DNA of 64,000 nucleotides from an uncultured Desulfosarcina sp. (GTDB taxonomy: Bacteria; Desulfobacterota; Desulfobacteria; Desulfobacterales; Desulfosarcinaceae), in assembly GCA_963674945.2 (NCBI GenBank), contig CAXXWQ010000003.1:1216001-1280000 (forward strand), given 5' to 3'. Both the position numbers and the translations under genes were made by a program. Shown piece by piece: positions 20,405 through 30,345 of the stretch. The notes beneath the pieces are model-generated. The model was not told where the DNA came from. It saw nothing but the letters and a program-made list of their open reading frames with translations, and searched no databases. Positions within the stretch are counted from its first letter, which is position 1. Every line of letters starts with the position of its first letter.

Positions 20405-20782
20405 CTAACTGTTTTTCCAAAGCCCATGCAAATTGCAATACTCCCTCGCCGTCAGTGAGGTTGCCTTGACGGCGAAAAAGGCTTCGGGCGCGGTGTCGGG
20501 TTTTAAAAATTTCTTGTACACTTCACCATCGGCGATCACTTCGATCCATTGAATGTAATGTTTTTCTTCCATGGGATGGGGAACGTCGCCGACCTTTACG
20601 TTGACCCCACCGTCGACGCGTTCGATCACGGGTACGTGCTTTTCCTTTGCGGCATCCACCGTGTTTTCGGTCATGAGTTTCATGGGGTCGCCGCAACACA
20701 CCAGTTCCCCTTCTCCACCATTGACCACCTCTACGATGTTTCCACATGCTTCACACTTGTATATTTCCAATCTTTCGGCCAA
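20405..20782 (-). CDS. dfx: Desulfoferrodoxin (superoxide reductase)
   Basis: [43 protein letters not shown] start after AGGAG. Confidence 0.96.
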   Translation of the reverse strand: MAERLEIYKCEACGNIVEVVNGGEGELVCCGDPMKLMTENTVDAAKEKHVPVIERVDGGVNVKVGDVPHPMEEKHYIQWIEVIADGEVYKKFLKPDTAPEAFFAVKATSLTAREYCNLHGLWKNS

Positions 20783-20865
20783 AACAGACTCCTTTCTCTT
20801 GGTTATGGTAAGGTTCGTTCATTGGAAAAGTGCAATCGGCTTCCTCTTTTTATCGGTGAAGCCGA

Positions 20866-21891
20866 TTATCCGATCTCCGCTTCTATGGACGCATTGTAAC
20901 TGCCTTTCCGTGCGGTACTATTGCACAACGAACGATGATAAAATACCTGTTGTGCCTCCTGTGAATTGGCTTCATCACCCCGCCACACCTTGAGGGTATG
21001 CTCCTGCAGGGCCCGTCCGAAGGAGAAGCTGAGTTCCCATGGCTGCGTTTTCCCCGTTGCATTGATGGCGTTGAGGTTGGCGGTGGCCTCTACGGCGCTC
21101 TGTCCGCCGGAGAGGAATACGATTCCGGGTACGGCGGCCGGCACCACCTGGTGGAAACAGTTCAGCGTGGCTTCGGCAACCTCTTCGGGTGTCGAGCGAA
21201 CCGGATACTCTTTTCCCGGCAGGACCATATTGGGCTTCAACAATGTCCCTTCCAAATATACACAATGTTCAAAAAGGGCATCGTACACATATTTGAGCGC
21301 GGCTGCGGTCACATCCCGGCAGCGCCCAATGTCGTGATCGCCATCCATCAGAACCTCCGGTTCCACGATGGGGACCATGTCTGCTTCCTGGCACAGGGCC
21401 GCATATCTGGCCAGTGCATGGGCGTTGGCTTTCAGTCCGAAACGGGTCGGGATCTCGTGTCCGATGGGGATCACAGCCCGCCATTTGGCAAATCGGGCTC
21501 CCATCTCCCGGTATGCCGACAGCCGATGCCGCAGGCCATCCAACCCTTCGGTGATTTTCTCACCTTCGAACCCGGCGAGCGGTTTTGCCCCCTCGTCAAC
21601 CTTAATACCGGGCAAGATGCCGCGTTGGGTCAGGTACTGGGGAAAGCGGACGTCTGCTGACGTCGATTGACGCATGGTTTCATCGAAGAGGATGACCCCG
21701 CCGATGAACGCATCGATGCCCGGGGTGGTAAAAAGCAAGTCGCGGTATGCGCGCCGATTGACTTCAGTGGATTCGACGTCGATACTGGCGAATCGTTTTT
21801 CGATGGTTGGCGTGCTTTCATCTGCTGCGAGAATCCCCTTACCCGGTGCGACAATGGCCCGTGCGACGGTTTCGAGTTCTTGTTTGTTCAT
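20866..21891 (-). CDS. Fructose-bisphosphate aldolase class I
   Basis: GKGILAADES, FAKWRAV, VPIVEPEV, LLKPNMV, FLSGGQS, FSFGRALQ. Confidence 0.95.
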   Translation of the reverse strand: MNKQELETVARAIVAPGKGILAADESTPTIEKRFASIDVESTEVNRRAYRDLLFTTPGIDAFIGGVILFDETMRQSTSADVRFPQYLTQRGILPGIKVDEGAKPLAGFEGEKITEGLDGLRHRLSAYREMGARFAKWRAVIPIGHEIPTRFGLKANAHALARYAALCQEADMVPIVEPEVLMDGDHDIGRCRDVTAAALKYVYDALFEHCVYLEGTLLKPNMVLPGKEYPVRSTPEEVAEATLNCFHQVVPAAVPGIVFLSGGQSAVEATANLNAINATGKTQPWELSFSFGRALQEHTLKVWRGDEANSQEAQQVFYHRSLCNSTARKGSYNASIEAEIG

Positions 21892-22058
21892 AGGTATCTC
21901 CTTATGATGCAGACGTGGTCTGCCCAGATCATAGACAAACGGTTACATGGTTCTCTACGGAATTCCGCCCCTGGATCGCACCGGGTGCCGGATGCGGCGG
22001 GAACACGTTCGCTGAATTCCCATTGCCCTTCGCCATTATTCTGGATTGAGATGAACCG

Positions 22059-22436
22059 TTACGCTTCCCGGATCCACTGGCGGGCATCGTTGATGGACTT
22101 CATGTCGAAATAGCGGACAGCAGCGGCAGTAAAAGGCTTAAAAAATAGCGTTACGCCTTGCTGCCATCGAGATTCCCCCACGACAGCCATTCGCTCGATA
22201 TTCCTGAAATGCCTGGCGGTAAACTTCGTGTCTTCCCACAATGCGCCGGTGGTCCATCCCCTGAAATCATACAACTCGATCAGTAAGCGCACCGGCATAC
22301 CGTTTTTCATCTGGCTTTCGATCATCGGAACGAATTGATCATAATCGTTTTTATCAAGTTTCTCCTTGATTTTCAGCGTCACGATGGTGGCCGCGGGAAC
22401 TTCTTCCACCTGAATTTCATCGAACCCGATGGGCAT
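22059..22436 (-). CDS. STAS/SEC14 (SpoIIAA-like) domain protein
   Basis: KLDKNDYD, DFRGWTTGALWEDTKF, IERMAVVG, ARQWI; GGAGG RBS. Confidence 0.85.
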   Translation of the reverse strand: MPIGFDEIQVEEVPAATIVTLKIKEKLDKNDYDQFVPMIESQMKNGMPVRLLIELYDFRGWTTGALWEDTKFTARHFRNIERMAVVGESRWQQGVTLFFKPFTAAAVRYFDMKSINDARQWIREA

Positions 22437-22541
22437 TGTAACCTCCCTTCCGGAAAGGTCCTCATTGTTTCTCCGTTGTTAACGGGGCTCCAAATATGAA
22501 TTGGAAACAGTGTTATTGTAACGGCGAGCCATGGAATGACA

Positions 22542-22559
22542 ATGGGGGAAAACCTCTAT
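22542..22559. promoter_or_regulatory. ATAGGG-N6-CCCTAT-like palindrome
   Basis: ATGGGG-gaaaac-CTCTAT; a further copy ATATGA-gataga-CCCTAT at 22714-22731. Confidence 0.45.
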
Positions 22560-23076
22560 TTCAAGGCTGTCGTACCAGTATATCTGCAACCGGCGGCATG
22601 GTCAACACACCTTCCCCTTTGCTTCGATAGGTCCTTGATCGGCTCGGAATCTATGCTGTGATAATCAATCAGAGGAATCATGTCATCCCAAATGCATCGT
22701 GTAGGCAGCCAAAATATGAGATAGACCCTATTTTTCCATCACATCCAGGAAGTAATATAGATCGGAAGACGGACTAAGCTGTAAGATGTTGATCGGCAAG
22801 GGGGTAACATCTGGAAAGTCTCCAAGCGAATTCCGGTACCTTTGAGCACTTTGCTTGAAAGTGACCATGCGATTGTCATTCGCAGTGTTCTCATGGACGG
22901 AAACCGCGAGTTATTCTGCGGAGATATTCGGTAAGAAGGAGGAGAATTCGTCAGTTTGAAAAGCGCATCATCGACAATCTGCGCACATACGCTTTTTTAG
23001 GGATTGTCGGACATGTGGCAGATGGTCTTCCATTAAAATGACAAGGCGTGATCCGACAACAGAAATGATTGTGCCA

Positions 23077-24309
23077 TCAAATGGGAAGAAGGGCCTTGAT
23101 TCGTGTACCATCGCCAATACACGATTCGATGGTAAAGACCCCGCCAAAAATCTCGCATCGTTCGCGCATGGCGGTCAGGCCATATCCACTCAGAGGGTCC
23201 TTGCTGGAAAGCACTTCTTGGACATCGAAGCCTCTTCCATCATCTTCGATGAGAAGGGAAATCGATTTCTTGTCGTCTGAAAAAGCCATAACCAAACGGA
23301 TAGATTGGGCCTCGCCATGCTTACCAACATTACTCAATCCCTCCTGAACAATACGATAAATGATGATTTTCATCGACTCAGGAATATCGGCTTCGTGAAC
23401 GGTCGTCCGGTAGTCGACATGAATGTTGCCATACATTCGCTGAAACTGGCGAAGGTACCATTGAATGGTGGCCATCAACCCAAGGTCGTCCAAGGTGGTG
23501 GGTCGCAGGTTGGCGGAAATACGCTTGGTTTCCTTGATGGTGGCCAAAAGATAGACGATTTCCTGTTCCAGCGATTCTTCCAGACGGCCATCATGTTGCT
23601 CCCGTTTCAATTCCTTCTCTTCCAGACTGAACTTGATGGCCGCCAGACTGGCCCCGATACTATCGTGCAGTTCCTTTGAAACCGTGCGTCGATCAGCCTC
23701 GAGAACATCCAGCGTTCGCCTGGACATGTGCTTGAGCCGCTCCTGGGACAAAGCCAACGCATCCCCCATCCGCTTGCGTTCGGAGACCTCTTTTTCCAGT
23801 GCACGGATCGTGTCGTTGAGATCCTCTGTACGTCGTGAAACCTCCTTTTCCAATCGGTTCATCACGCCTTTCATCTGGCGCCGATCTTCGATTTTGGCCG
23901 TAATGTCCGATGCGATACTGATTACGATCCGTTGCCCGTCAAGCGTTCGTCCAAGGGGGGCATTAAATATCTCCCAGATGAGTGAATGGCCATTTTCCGT
24001 ATGCACCGATACCCGAAAAGGAGATATGGTTCGCTCCGGATCGAAAAGATCCATGAACGGGTTGCAGGATTTTCCGGTAGTCTCTTCCGCCGTCAGGTGC
24101 TCGGCCAAGTCATGGATCGTAGGGAGCTGATCGGCACAAGCACCCATTGTCTTCTCGACAGCACGGTTGACCAGCAGAAGACGGCCATCCTCACGTGCGA
24201 TCAGAACAGGTACAGGAGCGTGATAGAGCGCCTGAAAATATGGGGCTTCCAGTTCGAAATGAATGATATCGCAATCATCCAACGATTCATCAGGCTTGGG
24301 GATGCGCAT
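23077..24309 (-). CDS. Cytoplasmic PAS sensor histidine kinase, HisKA_3 (NarX/UhpB-like)
   Basis: ELHDSIG H-box, LRPTTLDDLGL, YRIVQEGLSN, IEDDGRGF, GYGLTAMRER; start may extend to 24420. Confidence 0.9.
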   Translation of the reverse strand: MRIPKPDESLDDCDIIHFELEAPYFQALYHAPVPVLIAREDGRLLLVNRAVEKTMGACADQLPTIHDLAEHLTAEETTGKSCNPFMDLFDPERTISPFRVSVHTENGHSLIWEIFNAPLGRTLDGQRIVISIASDITAKIEDRRQMKGVMNRLEKEVSRRTEDLNDTIRALEKEVSERKRMGDALALSQERLKHMSRRTLDVLEADRRTVSKELHDSIGASLAAIKFSLEEKELKREQHDGRLEESLEQEIVYLLATIKETKRISANLRPTTLDDLGLMATIQWYLRQFQRMYGNIHVDYRTTVHEADIPESMKIIIYRIVQEGLSNVGKHGEAQSIRLVMAFSDDKKSISLLIEDDGRGFDVQEVLSSKDPLSGYGLTAMRERCEIFGGVFTIESCIGDGTRIKALLPI

Positions 24310-24423
24310 GAGTATTCCTTGTATCCTTGGGAGGAAATCGCAGGAAATGAAACCGGCAATTACCGGAAAGGAGGTGGTCGCTTCCACGTGACGTTCATGG
24401 TTGCGGCGTATCGTCGGCATCGG

Positions 24424-25086
24424 TCAGATTTTCGGTTCTACCAGTCCCTTCTCGATAGCATAGGCGGTCAATTGGGCAACGTTGTGCAAATCGAGTTTGC
24501 CAATCAAATTGGCACGGTGCTTTTCGACTGTCTTTGCACTGATGCTGAGAAAATCAGCGATCTCGTTGTTTTTATAGCCCTCGGCAAGCAGCTTCAACAC
24601 CTCTCGTTCCCGCTGGGTCACCGTGTCCCATCGAGAGTTTTTCTTCATTTCCTGTCGGCCGGACAAATAGCCCACCATAACCTGGTCCGAGATTCCCGGA
24701 CTGATGTAGGTCTTGCCTTGCAGCACGCTGTCCACGGCCAGCATCAACTCTTCCCTGCTTGCGTCCTTGATGCAGTAGCCGTCGGTACCGGCTTCGAACG
24801 CTTCCAGCACGTATTGGTCCGACTCGTGTATGGTCAATGCCAGAATGCGCGACGCAGGCGAATCCCGTTTCGCCTCTTTCATCACAGAGATGCCACCCAT
24901 CTTCGGCATGGAAAGGTCCAACAGCACCAAATCCGGTTTGAGCCGTCGAATCTGCTTTATGGCCTCCAGGCCGTCCTCCGCCTCTCCGACGATCTCGATA
25001 TCCTTACGGCTGTTCAGCATGGATTTCAGCCCCTCCCGGAACAGTTGATGATCCTCTGCAATGAAAATTTGGTATTTCCTTTCCAA
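24424..25086 (-). CDS. NarL/LuxR-family response regulator
   Basis: AEDH, LLDLSMP, VTQREREVLKLLAEG...ISAKTVEKHRANL. Confidence 0.95.
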   Translation of the reverse strand: MERKYQIFIAEDHQLFREGLKSMLNSRKDIEIVGEAEDGLEAIKQIRRLKPDLVLLDLSMPKMGGISVMKEAKRDSPASRILALTIHESDQYVLEAFEAGTDGYCIKDASREELMLAVDSVLQGKTYISPGISDQVMVGYLSGRQEMKKNSRWDTVTQREREVLKLLAEGYKNNEIADFLSISAKTVEKHRANLIGKLDLHNVAQLTAYAIEKGLVEPKI

Positions 25087-25226
25087 TGTTCGGCCTTTCC
25101 GTTCGTGATCGAGTGAATGTTCGGGAATATTTTACAGCAAAATGATAACGCGCAAAATCCATTAATGCAATGGATGTAAGTTTTTTCCGGGATAGCACGG
25201 CCATGCAACTATCGTAAATGATGAAT

Positions 25227-25634
25227 TCAGGCCGAACAAAAACCATAGTCGCATTCGTCGCCTCGGAGGGCCGTTTGAATCACATCCAAAAGACGAAGCC
25301 CGCCGGAGCGCTCTTTGGAAAGAAAAAAGTCCGCCCCCTCCCGCATCGAGGCTTCTTTATACTCCACCGAATCGTAGCTGCTGAGAACAACGATACGGGC
25401 ATCCGGTGCCATACGCCGGATAACTGCGATGAACTTGGTTCCATTTTCCTGGGGAATTGCAATATCCAGAAAGACGACATCCAAGGAATCGCGTTGTAAA
25501 ACGCGCTGTGCCTGGTCCGTTCCGGTGACTTCTGTCACCTCCACGTGCATTTCGATATCTTCGATTACCTCTTTCAGCGTATTGCTGAAAATCGGCGAAG
25601 GATCGAGGATTAATATTTTCTTACGATTCACCAT
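25227..25634 (-). CDS. Stand-alone receiver-domain protein
   Basis: ILILD, VFLDIAIP, VVLSS, GADFFLSK. Confidence 0.85.
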   Translation of the reverse strand: MVNRKKILILDPSPIFSNTLKEVIEDIEMHVEVTEVTGTDQAQRVLQRDSLDVVFLDIAIPQENGTKFIAVIRRMAPDARIVVLSSYDSVEYKEASMREGADFFLSKERSGGLRLLDVIQTALRGDECDYGFCSA

Positions 25635-25784
25635 GAAAACGCCCCATCCTTGTCACCCTGCCCTGCCATTGTTACCATCCAAATCGGCTTTGATCATGAC
25701 AGTCTGCTGTTTTTGTCAATTCCGGCCATTCCCGTTGCCCATGGCCCGCAGAAACGATCATAGAATGTCGGCGATGGGTTCTGA

Positions 25785-26075
25785 TCAGCCCTTGAATTGA
25801 TCCCTGACCTGTCTGATCTGTGCTTCGATGTCATGAAAGTCGGCCTCCACCCGCAGCTTCAACGATTTCCAGGTGTCCGGCGTAAGATGATTGTCAACGA
25901 CGAATTGTTTCTCAACACGCTGAATCCTGGCGATGATATCTTGCACTGCCTTGCTGTAGTTTCCCATGTCACGACTGTCGATACGGTCCGCATCGACCTG
26001 CAAATGCTCGACCTCACGCTTACAAGTATCCAATTTGCGTTTGACCGACTCTATAAATCGTCTTTTGACGGACAT
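25785..26075 (-). CDS. Small helical hypothetical protein
   Basis: 96-aa coiled-coil-like ORF with AAGGAG RBS. Confidence 0.65.
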   Translation of the reverse strand: MSVKRRFIESVKRKLDTCKREVEHLQVDADRIDSRDMGNYSKAVQDIIARIQRVEKQFVVDNHLTPDTWKSLKLRVEADFHDIEAQIRQVRDQFKG

Positions 26076-26375
26076 TCGAAACTCCTTTCAAGATGGCGAA
26101 GCGCTGGTGATGATCGATGATGACCTGATCGTTCCGGCGAAACCATCCTACTGACCGTAATATATAGACTATCATGCCGCATAAAAAAATGGGTATCATC
26201 ATTGATTCTTATCATGGAAAGGATTGTATCGCCATCGTTGAAATTTTCGAAAAAGGCATCTTTTGGGATAAATACATTCTTTTCCGCAATCAACTACAGT
26301 CCACATCCAATACCATCGAACGCCGATCTGTGATTTACTTGTGAACATCAAACAAACACAGACAGGAGGTCACGA

Positions 26376-26774
26376 ATGCTCTTTATCGGCCATTTTTCCT
26401 TTGATGAAATTGGATCGGACGACAGGCAAAAACATGGGTATTTCAGCAGTATTGTAGACGCCAAAAATCCCGACGAAGCGGTTGCCCAATTTGAAGCGCA
26501 CATCAGAGAAATGAAGCACAGATTTCCTGAAATGAGCGACATCGTAAAGGTGTATATCGAGGAGATTCTAAAGTTTACCAAGCTCCCGGAAAAGCCGATC
26601 ATCACCCGTCTGCAGTTTTCCGAAGGCGCATTCCCGAACTCCATCAGCCATTCGCTTCCCGGTGTCTTCGGCGAAAAAATAGAAGTGTTTGGTTATGCGC
26701 CGGATGTTGAAAATCAGGAAATACTCAATGACGGGGGGCATATCGAGGCAAAACCGTTTATCTCCTTTGGTTAG
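26376..26774 (+). CDS. Hypothetical protein
   Basis: 132-aa ORF with AGGAGG RBS. Confidence 0.75.
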   Translation: MLFIGHFSFDEIGSDDRQKHGYFSSIVDAKNPDEAVAQFEAHIREMKHRFPEMSDIVKVYIEEILKFTKLPEKPIITRLQFSEGAFPNSISHSLPGVFGEKIEVFGYAPDVENQEILNDGGHIEAKPFISFG

Positions 26775-26821
26775 TGATCCATCCTTTTCGACCCTCTGGC
26801 ATCGGATAGGCAGGAGAAAAA

Positions 26822-26839
26822 ATAGGGTCTTCACCCCAT
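26822..26839. promoter_or_regulatory. ATAGGG-N6-CCCTAT-like palindrome
   Basis: ATAGGG-tcttca-CCCCAT upstream of the glycoside hydrolase/HAD operon. Confidence 0.5.
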
Positions 26840-26917
26840 GGAAGTTTCAGCAGCCGGGAGTATAATGAGTGTTTTCACTCCTACGCTCGGCAACATACCG
26901 TTGGCGGTAAACGAAAA

Positions 26918-26961
26918 GCAATGGGGCTGTGAAGAACTCGCAATGGGGCTGTGAAGAACTC
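26918..26961 (+). repeat. Perfect 22-bp tandem duplication
   Basis: GCAATGGGGCTGTGAAGAACTC repeated twice with no spacer. Confidence 0.95.
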
Positions 26962-27011
26962 CCAGTAGAAAGTGCCGAGGGTCGATAATATGACAACACT
27001 TCGAATGTATC

Positions 27012-27435
27012 ATGAGAAAAAAGATGGACAAAAGAACCTTACCGAAAATCCCACTGAATGGTGACGAAGCCATCGAACGTTCAAAGTCATTGATGAGAAG
27101 ATGCGTGAGCAATCACGGTTTTCTGGCCAGCATCAGCAACAGTGACAACTATCGTCGTGGACAAGGGACGGCATCATCATCGGCTTGGCGGCGCTGATGA
27201 CCGACGATGATGAGATGGTCGGCACATTTCGCAGGACCCTGGAGACACTCGCCGACAATCAGGGGCCCCACGGCGAAATCCCCAGTAACGTCGACCCAGA
27301 AAGCGGTCGTGTCAGCTACGGCGGGATGACCGGTCGCGTCGGTGCCGACCTGTGGTTCATCATCGGATGGGGCATTGTGCACTGGAAGGCAAAAGGATAT
27401 TTCGGTTTTATGAAGACGATACTCTTGTGCAGTGA
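27012..27435 (+). pseudogene. Glycoside hydrolase remnant (amylo-alpha-1,6-glucosidase/invertase-like), frameshifted and internally deleted
   Basis: GFLAS...NYRR, frameshift near 27157, WTRDGIIIGLAAL...GEIPSNV...ADLWFIIG, then probable C-terminus MGHCALEGKRIFRFYEDDTLVQ* in another frame. Confidence 0.7.
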
Positions 27436-28288
27436 TTTAGATCGAACCCTGATTCCCAATGGGGATGCGCCGGAATCACCCAAGGCAAGACATGCCTTCA
27501 GGCATCTGGCCGCCCATCCCAAAATCAGGTTGGCCTATGTAAGCGGCCGAGACAAAAAACTGGTCCAAGATGCCATAAAGGCATTCGACCTGCCGGAACC
27601 CGATTTTGTTATCGGCGATGTGGGGACCTCGCTGTATCATATCGTTGGCGGTCGTTGGCTGCCAAGCGAGGCATGGCAAGATGAGATCGGTAGGGATTGG
27701 AAAATCCACGATCGTGACTCCATTGCCGATCTTCTGGCGGCGCTGGATGGCAACCTGCTGAAACCTCAGCCCGAGGAGAAACAAGGTCGGTACAAGATCA
27801 GTTTCTTTACCCCCCCGGATGTCCATTGGCAACCGTTGAAAGCAAAGATAACGGATATCTTCGATGAACAGGGAATATGGGCCAATCTGATCTGGAGCCG
27901 GGACGACGAAACGAACCAGGGACTGCTTGATATCCTTCCCCCGCGCGCAAACAAACAACAGTCCATCCGTTTTTTATTGGACTCGGAAAACATCGATCCG
28001 TCCCATACCGTATTTGCGGGCGACAGTGGAAACGATATGGACGCGCTCACCAGCGGGCTCAATGCCATCCTCGTAAAAAATGCCGACGACGACGTGATCG
28101 AAACCGCCAAGGACCAGCTTTTCCGTAAGGGGAAAGCCGACATGCTCTATGTAGCAACGGGTATGTGGGGAGAGATGAACGGCAACTATGCGGCGGGTGT
28201 CGTAGAGGGTATGATTCATTTTTTTCCCGAAACCGTCCAGTGGATGCGTTCCGGAATGAACAGACAATTCCTTGGCGATCACCAGTAA
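27410..28288 (+). CDS. HAD-IIB hydrolase, sucrose-phosphate phosphatase-like
   Basis: LLCSDLDRTL, YVSGR, LLDILPPRANK, FAGDSGND, GNYAAGVVEG. Confidence 0.9.
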   Translation: MKTILLCSDLDRTLIPNGDAPESPKARHAFRHLAAHPKIRLAYVSGRDKKLVQDAIKAFDLPEPDFVIGDVGTSLYHIVGGRWLPSEAWQDEIGRDWKIHDRDSIADLLAALDGNLLKPQPEEKQGRYKISFFTPPDVHWQPLKAKITDIFDEQGIWANLIWSRDDETNQGLLDILPPRANKQQSIRFLLDSENIDPSHTVFAGDSGNDMDALTSGLNAILVKNADDDVIETAKDQLFRKGKADMLYVATGMWGEMNGNYAAGVVEGMIHFFPETVQWMRSGMNRQFLGDHQ

Positions 28289-28307
28289 TAGGAGGGATCC
28301 AACAACC

Positions 28308-28787
28308 ATGTGTGGCATTTGCGGCCAGATCAGTTTCAACGGACAAGGGCCAGATCTTGAAAAGGTCATCAAGATGACAAAAACGCTGAAAAGGCGCGGC
28401 CCCGACGCCATGGGCATGTACGTGCATGGCCAAAACGCGCTGGGCCATCGGCGTCTGAAAATCATCGACTTGAGTGAACGCGCCCATCAACCCATGGTGG
28501 ATAATACAGTGGGACTCTCAATCGTGTTTAACGGCGCCATATATAACTACAAAGAAATTCGGTTGGCGTTGGAGAAAAAAAGATATCGCTTTTTTTCTCA
28601 AGGAGACACCGAAGTCATCGTAAAGGCATATCACGCTTGGGGAGAAGATTGTGTAAACCACTTCAACGGTATGTTTGCTTTTGCCATCGTCCACCGGGAC
28701 AGCGGCAAGACGTTTATTGCGCGGGACCGACTGGGCATCAAACCGCTGTACTACACCATAGATTACATCGATAATATCGATAATTGA
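28308..28787 (+). pseudogene. Truncated asparagine-synthetase-family amidotransferase (possibly NAGGN-synthesis type); only the N-terminal glutaminase part remains
   Basis: MCGICG, RRGPD, LGHRRLKIIDLS, FNGAIYN, GDTEV, ARDRLGIKPLYY then a stop; synthetase domain absent. Confidence 0.85.
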
Positions 28788-29326
28788 AGTGGATACTGCT
28801 TGTCATAGAAAATTAATTTTGATCCTTGGATAAAATCATCCTCCACAATAAAAAGCTCCTTATCTTCTCCCTGGAAATGCGGGGGTAGGGTTCTACTGGT
28901 ATAATAGTCCCAAATCAGTTTGGAAGGACTGGAATCATAACTGGTACTATACACCATCTCTGCAGACGAGCCGGAACGATCAATCAAAACAAACTCGGAT
29001 CTTTTTAGCCTTGCTTCTATTGCCAAAGGATTTTTGATACCATATGAAACAATGACAAAAGAATAGCCTATGTTTGGTGCACACTTTCTCATAATAGGTC
29101 TAAAATTTTCTAGATCGAATCCTTGAACAAAGTGCTGCGCTTCCTTGGTAACCTCCACATGCTGAATAGTAAATATAATTGAGCATGACTGCAACTTTTC
29201 GACAACCGGCTCTTGTTTTGCCGGCTCAGGGTTTACTGTAATTTTTGTGGGTGTGCTACAGCCGTATGCAACGATAACAACAATCAAAGAAAACAACGCA
29301 TTTTGGAATAAGCTGTTCCTTTTCAT
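28763..29326 (-). CDS. Hypothetical lipoprotein
   Basis: Signal peptide ending VAYGC (lipobox-like); AT-rich; AGGAG RBS. Confidence 0.7.
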   Translation of the reverse strand: MKRNSLFQNALFSLIVVIVAYGCSTPTKITVNPEPAKQEPVVEKLQSCSIIFTIQHVEVTKEAQHFVQGFDLENFRPIMRKCAPNIGYSFVIVSYGIKNPLAIEARLKRSEFVLIDRSGSSAEMVYSTSYDSSPSKLIWDYYTSRTLPPHFQGEDKELFIVEDDFIQGSKLIFYDKQYPLQLSILSM

Positions 29327-29468
29327 TGCCTGATCTCCTGTGTTCGTTTCTCAGTAGGTTATTTGCACGAATGGCCGCCAACAGTTCCCTTCTCTATGTT
29401 TTTGTTAAGCCCCAGATAGGAATGTCGCATAAACGTCTTGATAGCATCCCAAACAAAGATAAAATATT

Positions 29469-29861
29469 CTACTTCATGCGTTCCCACATCTGTCGAAATC
29501 CGATGTTTACCGTCTCTACCCGAGGATCTTGTGTGATCGGGAGTTCACGTTGGCAAAAAGTGCAGACGGCAGCAGGGACCTTGATCGTCTCGGCGCAATA
29601 GGGACAGCTTTTTGTTCTACCGTATGCCGGCGCGCAATTTATTGAGGTAGAAGTACGATCGATATTTGCCCAGATCAAGCACGCCACCCAAACCAACAAT
29701 GTCCAGCCGAGGAAGATGTTTAGGAATACGATTGCCGGGGTTTTGCTGTGCTTTTTGTTTGATGCCATGACTGACGGCAAAAGGTAAAGAAACAGGCCAA
29801 CGATGAAACCAATTGCAAGAATTACGACTTTCGACATTCCGAGTCCAAACATCGCTTTCAC
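29469..29861 (-). CDS. Superinfection-immunity (T4 Imm-like) membrane protein with C-terminal zinc ribbon
   Basis: LYLLPSVMA...AIVFLNIFLGWTLLVWVACLIWA plus CPYCAETI...CTFC; start uncertain. Confidence 0.8.
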   Translation of the reverse strand: MKAMFGLGMSKVVILAIGFIVGLFLYLLPSVMASNKKHSKTPAIVFLNIFLGWTLLVWVACLIWANIDRTSTSINCAPAYGRTKSCPYCAETIKVPAAVCTFCQRELPITQDPRVETVNIGFRQMWERMK

Positions 29862-30345
29862 CTTTCATCATATTCCATTCTTACTGGTTTTTCACATGCT
29901 GCCAAAACATTGCACTTTTGTTGCGCCTACGATTGATTGCAGTCCATCAATATTCGTACCATCGTCCAGTACATGACGAGCCAATGCGTATTTCAGTTCC
30001 AGGCGGCCATTTTGGGAGAGCCCAATGGGCAGCAGTATGGCCGAAACAACCGGATAAATGAATCACCAGATCGAAAGATCCGTCGGAAAATTACGACAAG
30101 CTGACGCGCAGGTCTCAGTGGAAAATCTTACATTTACATCACTTTACAACGCAGATATATCCTATCCCGATGAATGAATACTTGTCAATGTCTGAATATT
30201 CTTCAAGTCCGGGCAATGGACGCCAGGAAGATGGAAACGACGAACAAACCCATCCAACGCGGCCTTTTTGATCGAACGCCCTTGCTCGCGTTTGCCCATT
30301 TTTATTGATGGAAAGAAAGAGCGCGCGGGTTTGATGACATGCGCT

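Noticed and set aside
22725..23035. Minus-strand frame with CADCR*C and two in-frame stops in the long intergenic gap
   Set aside because: No family recognised; cannot be distinguished from random sequence by eye
23986..25116. 376-aa plus-strand ORF
   Set aside because: Antisense to the NarL regulator and kinase
27185..28288. Apparent 367-aa glycosidase-HAD fusion
   Set aside because: The HAD gene has its own ATG at 27410; the upstream part belongs to the broken glycosidase remnant
29376..29411. GCCAAC...GTTAAGC as an attC site
   Set aside because: Far too short for attC and lacks an internal stem
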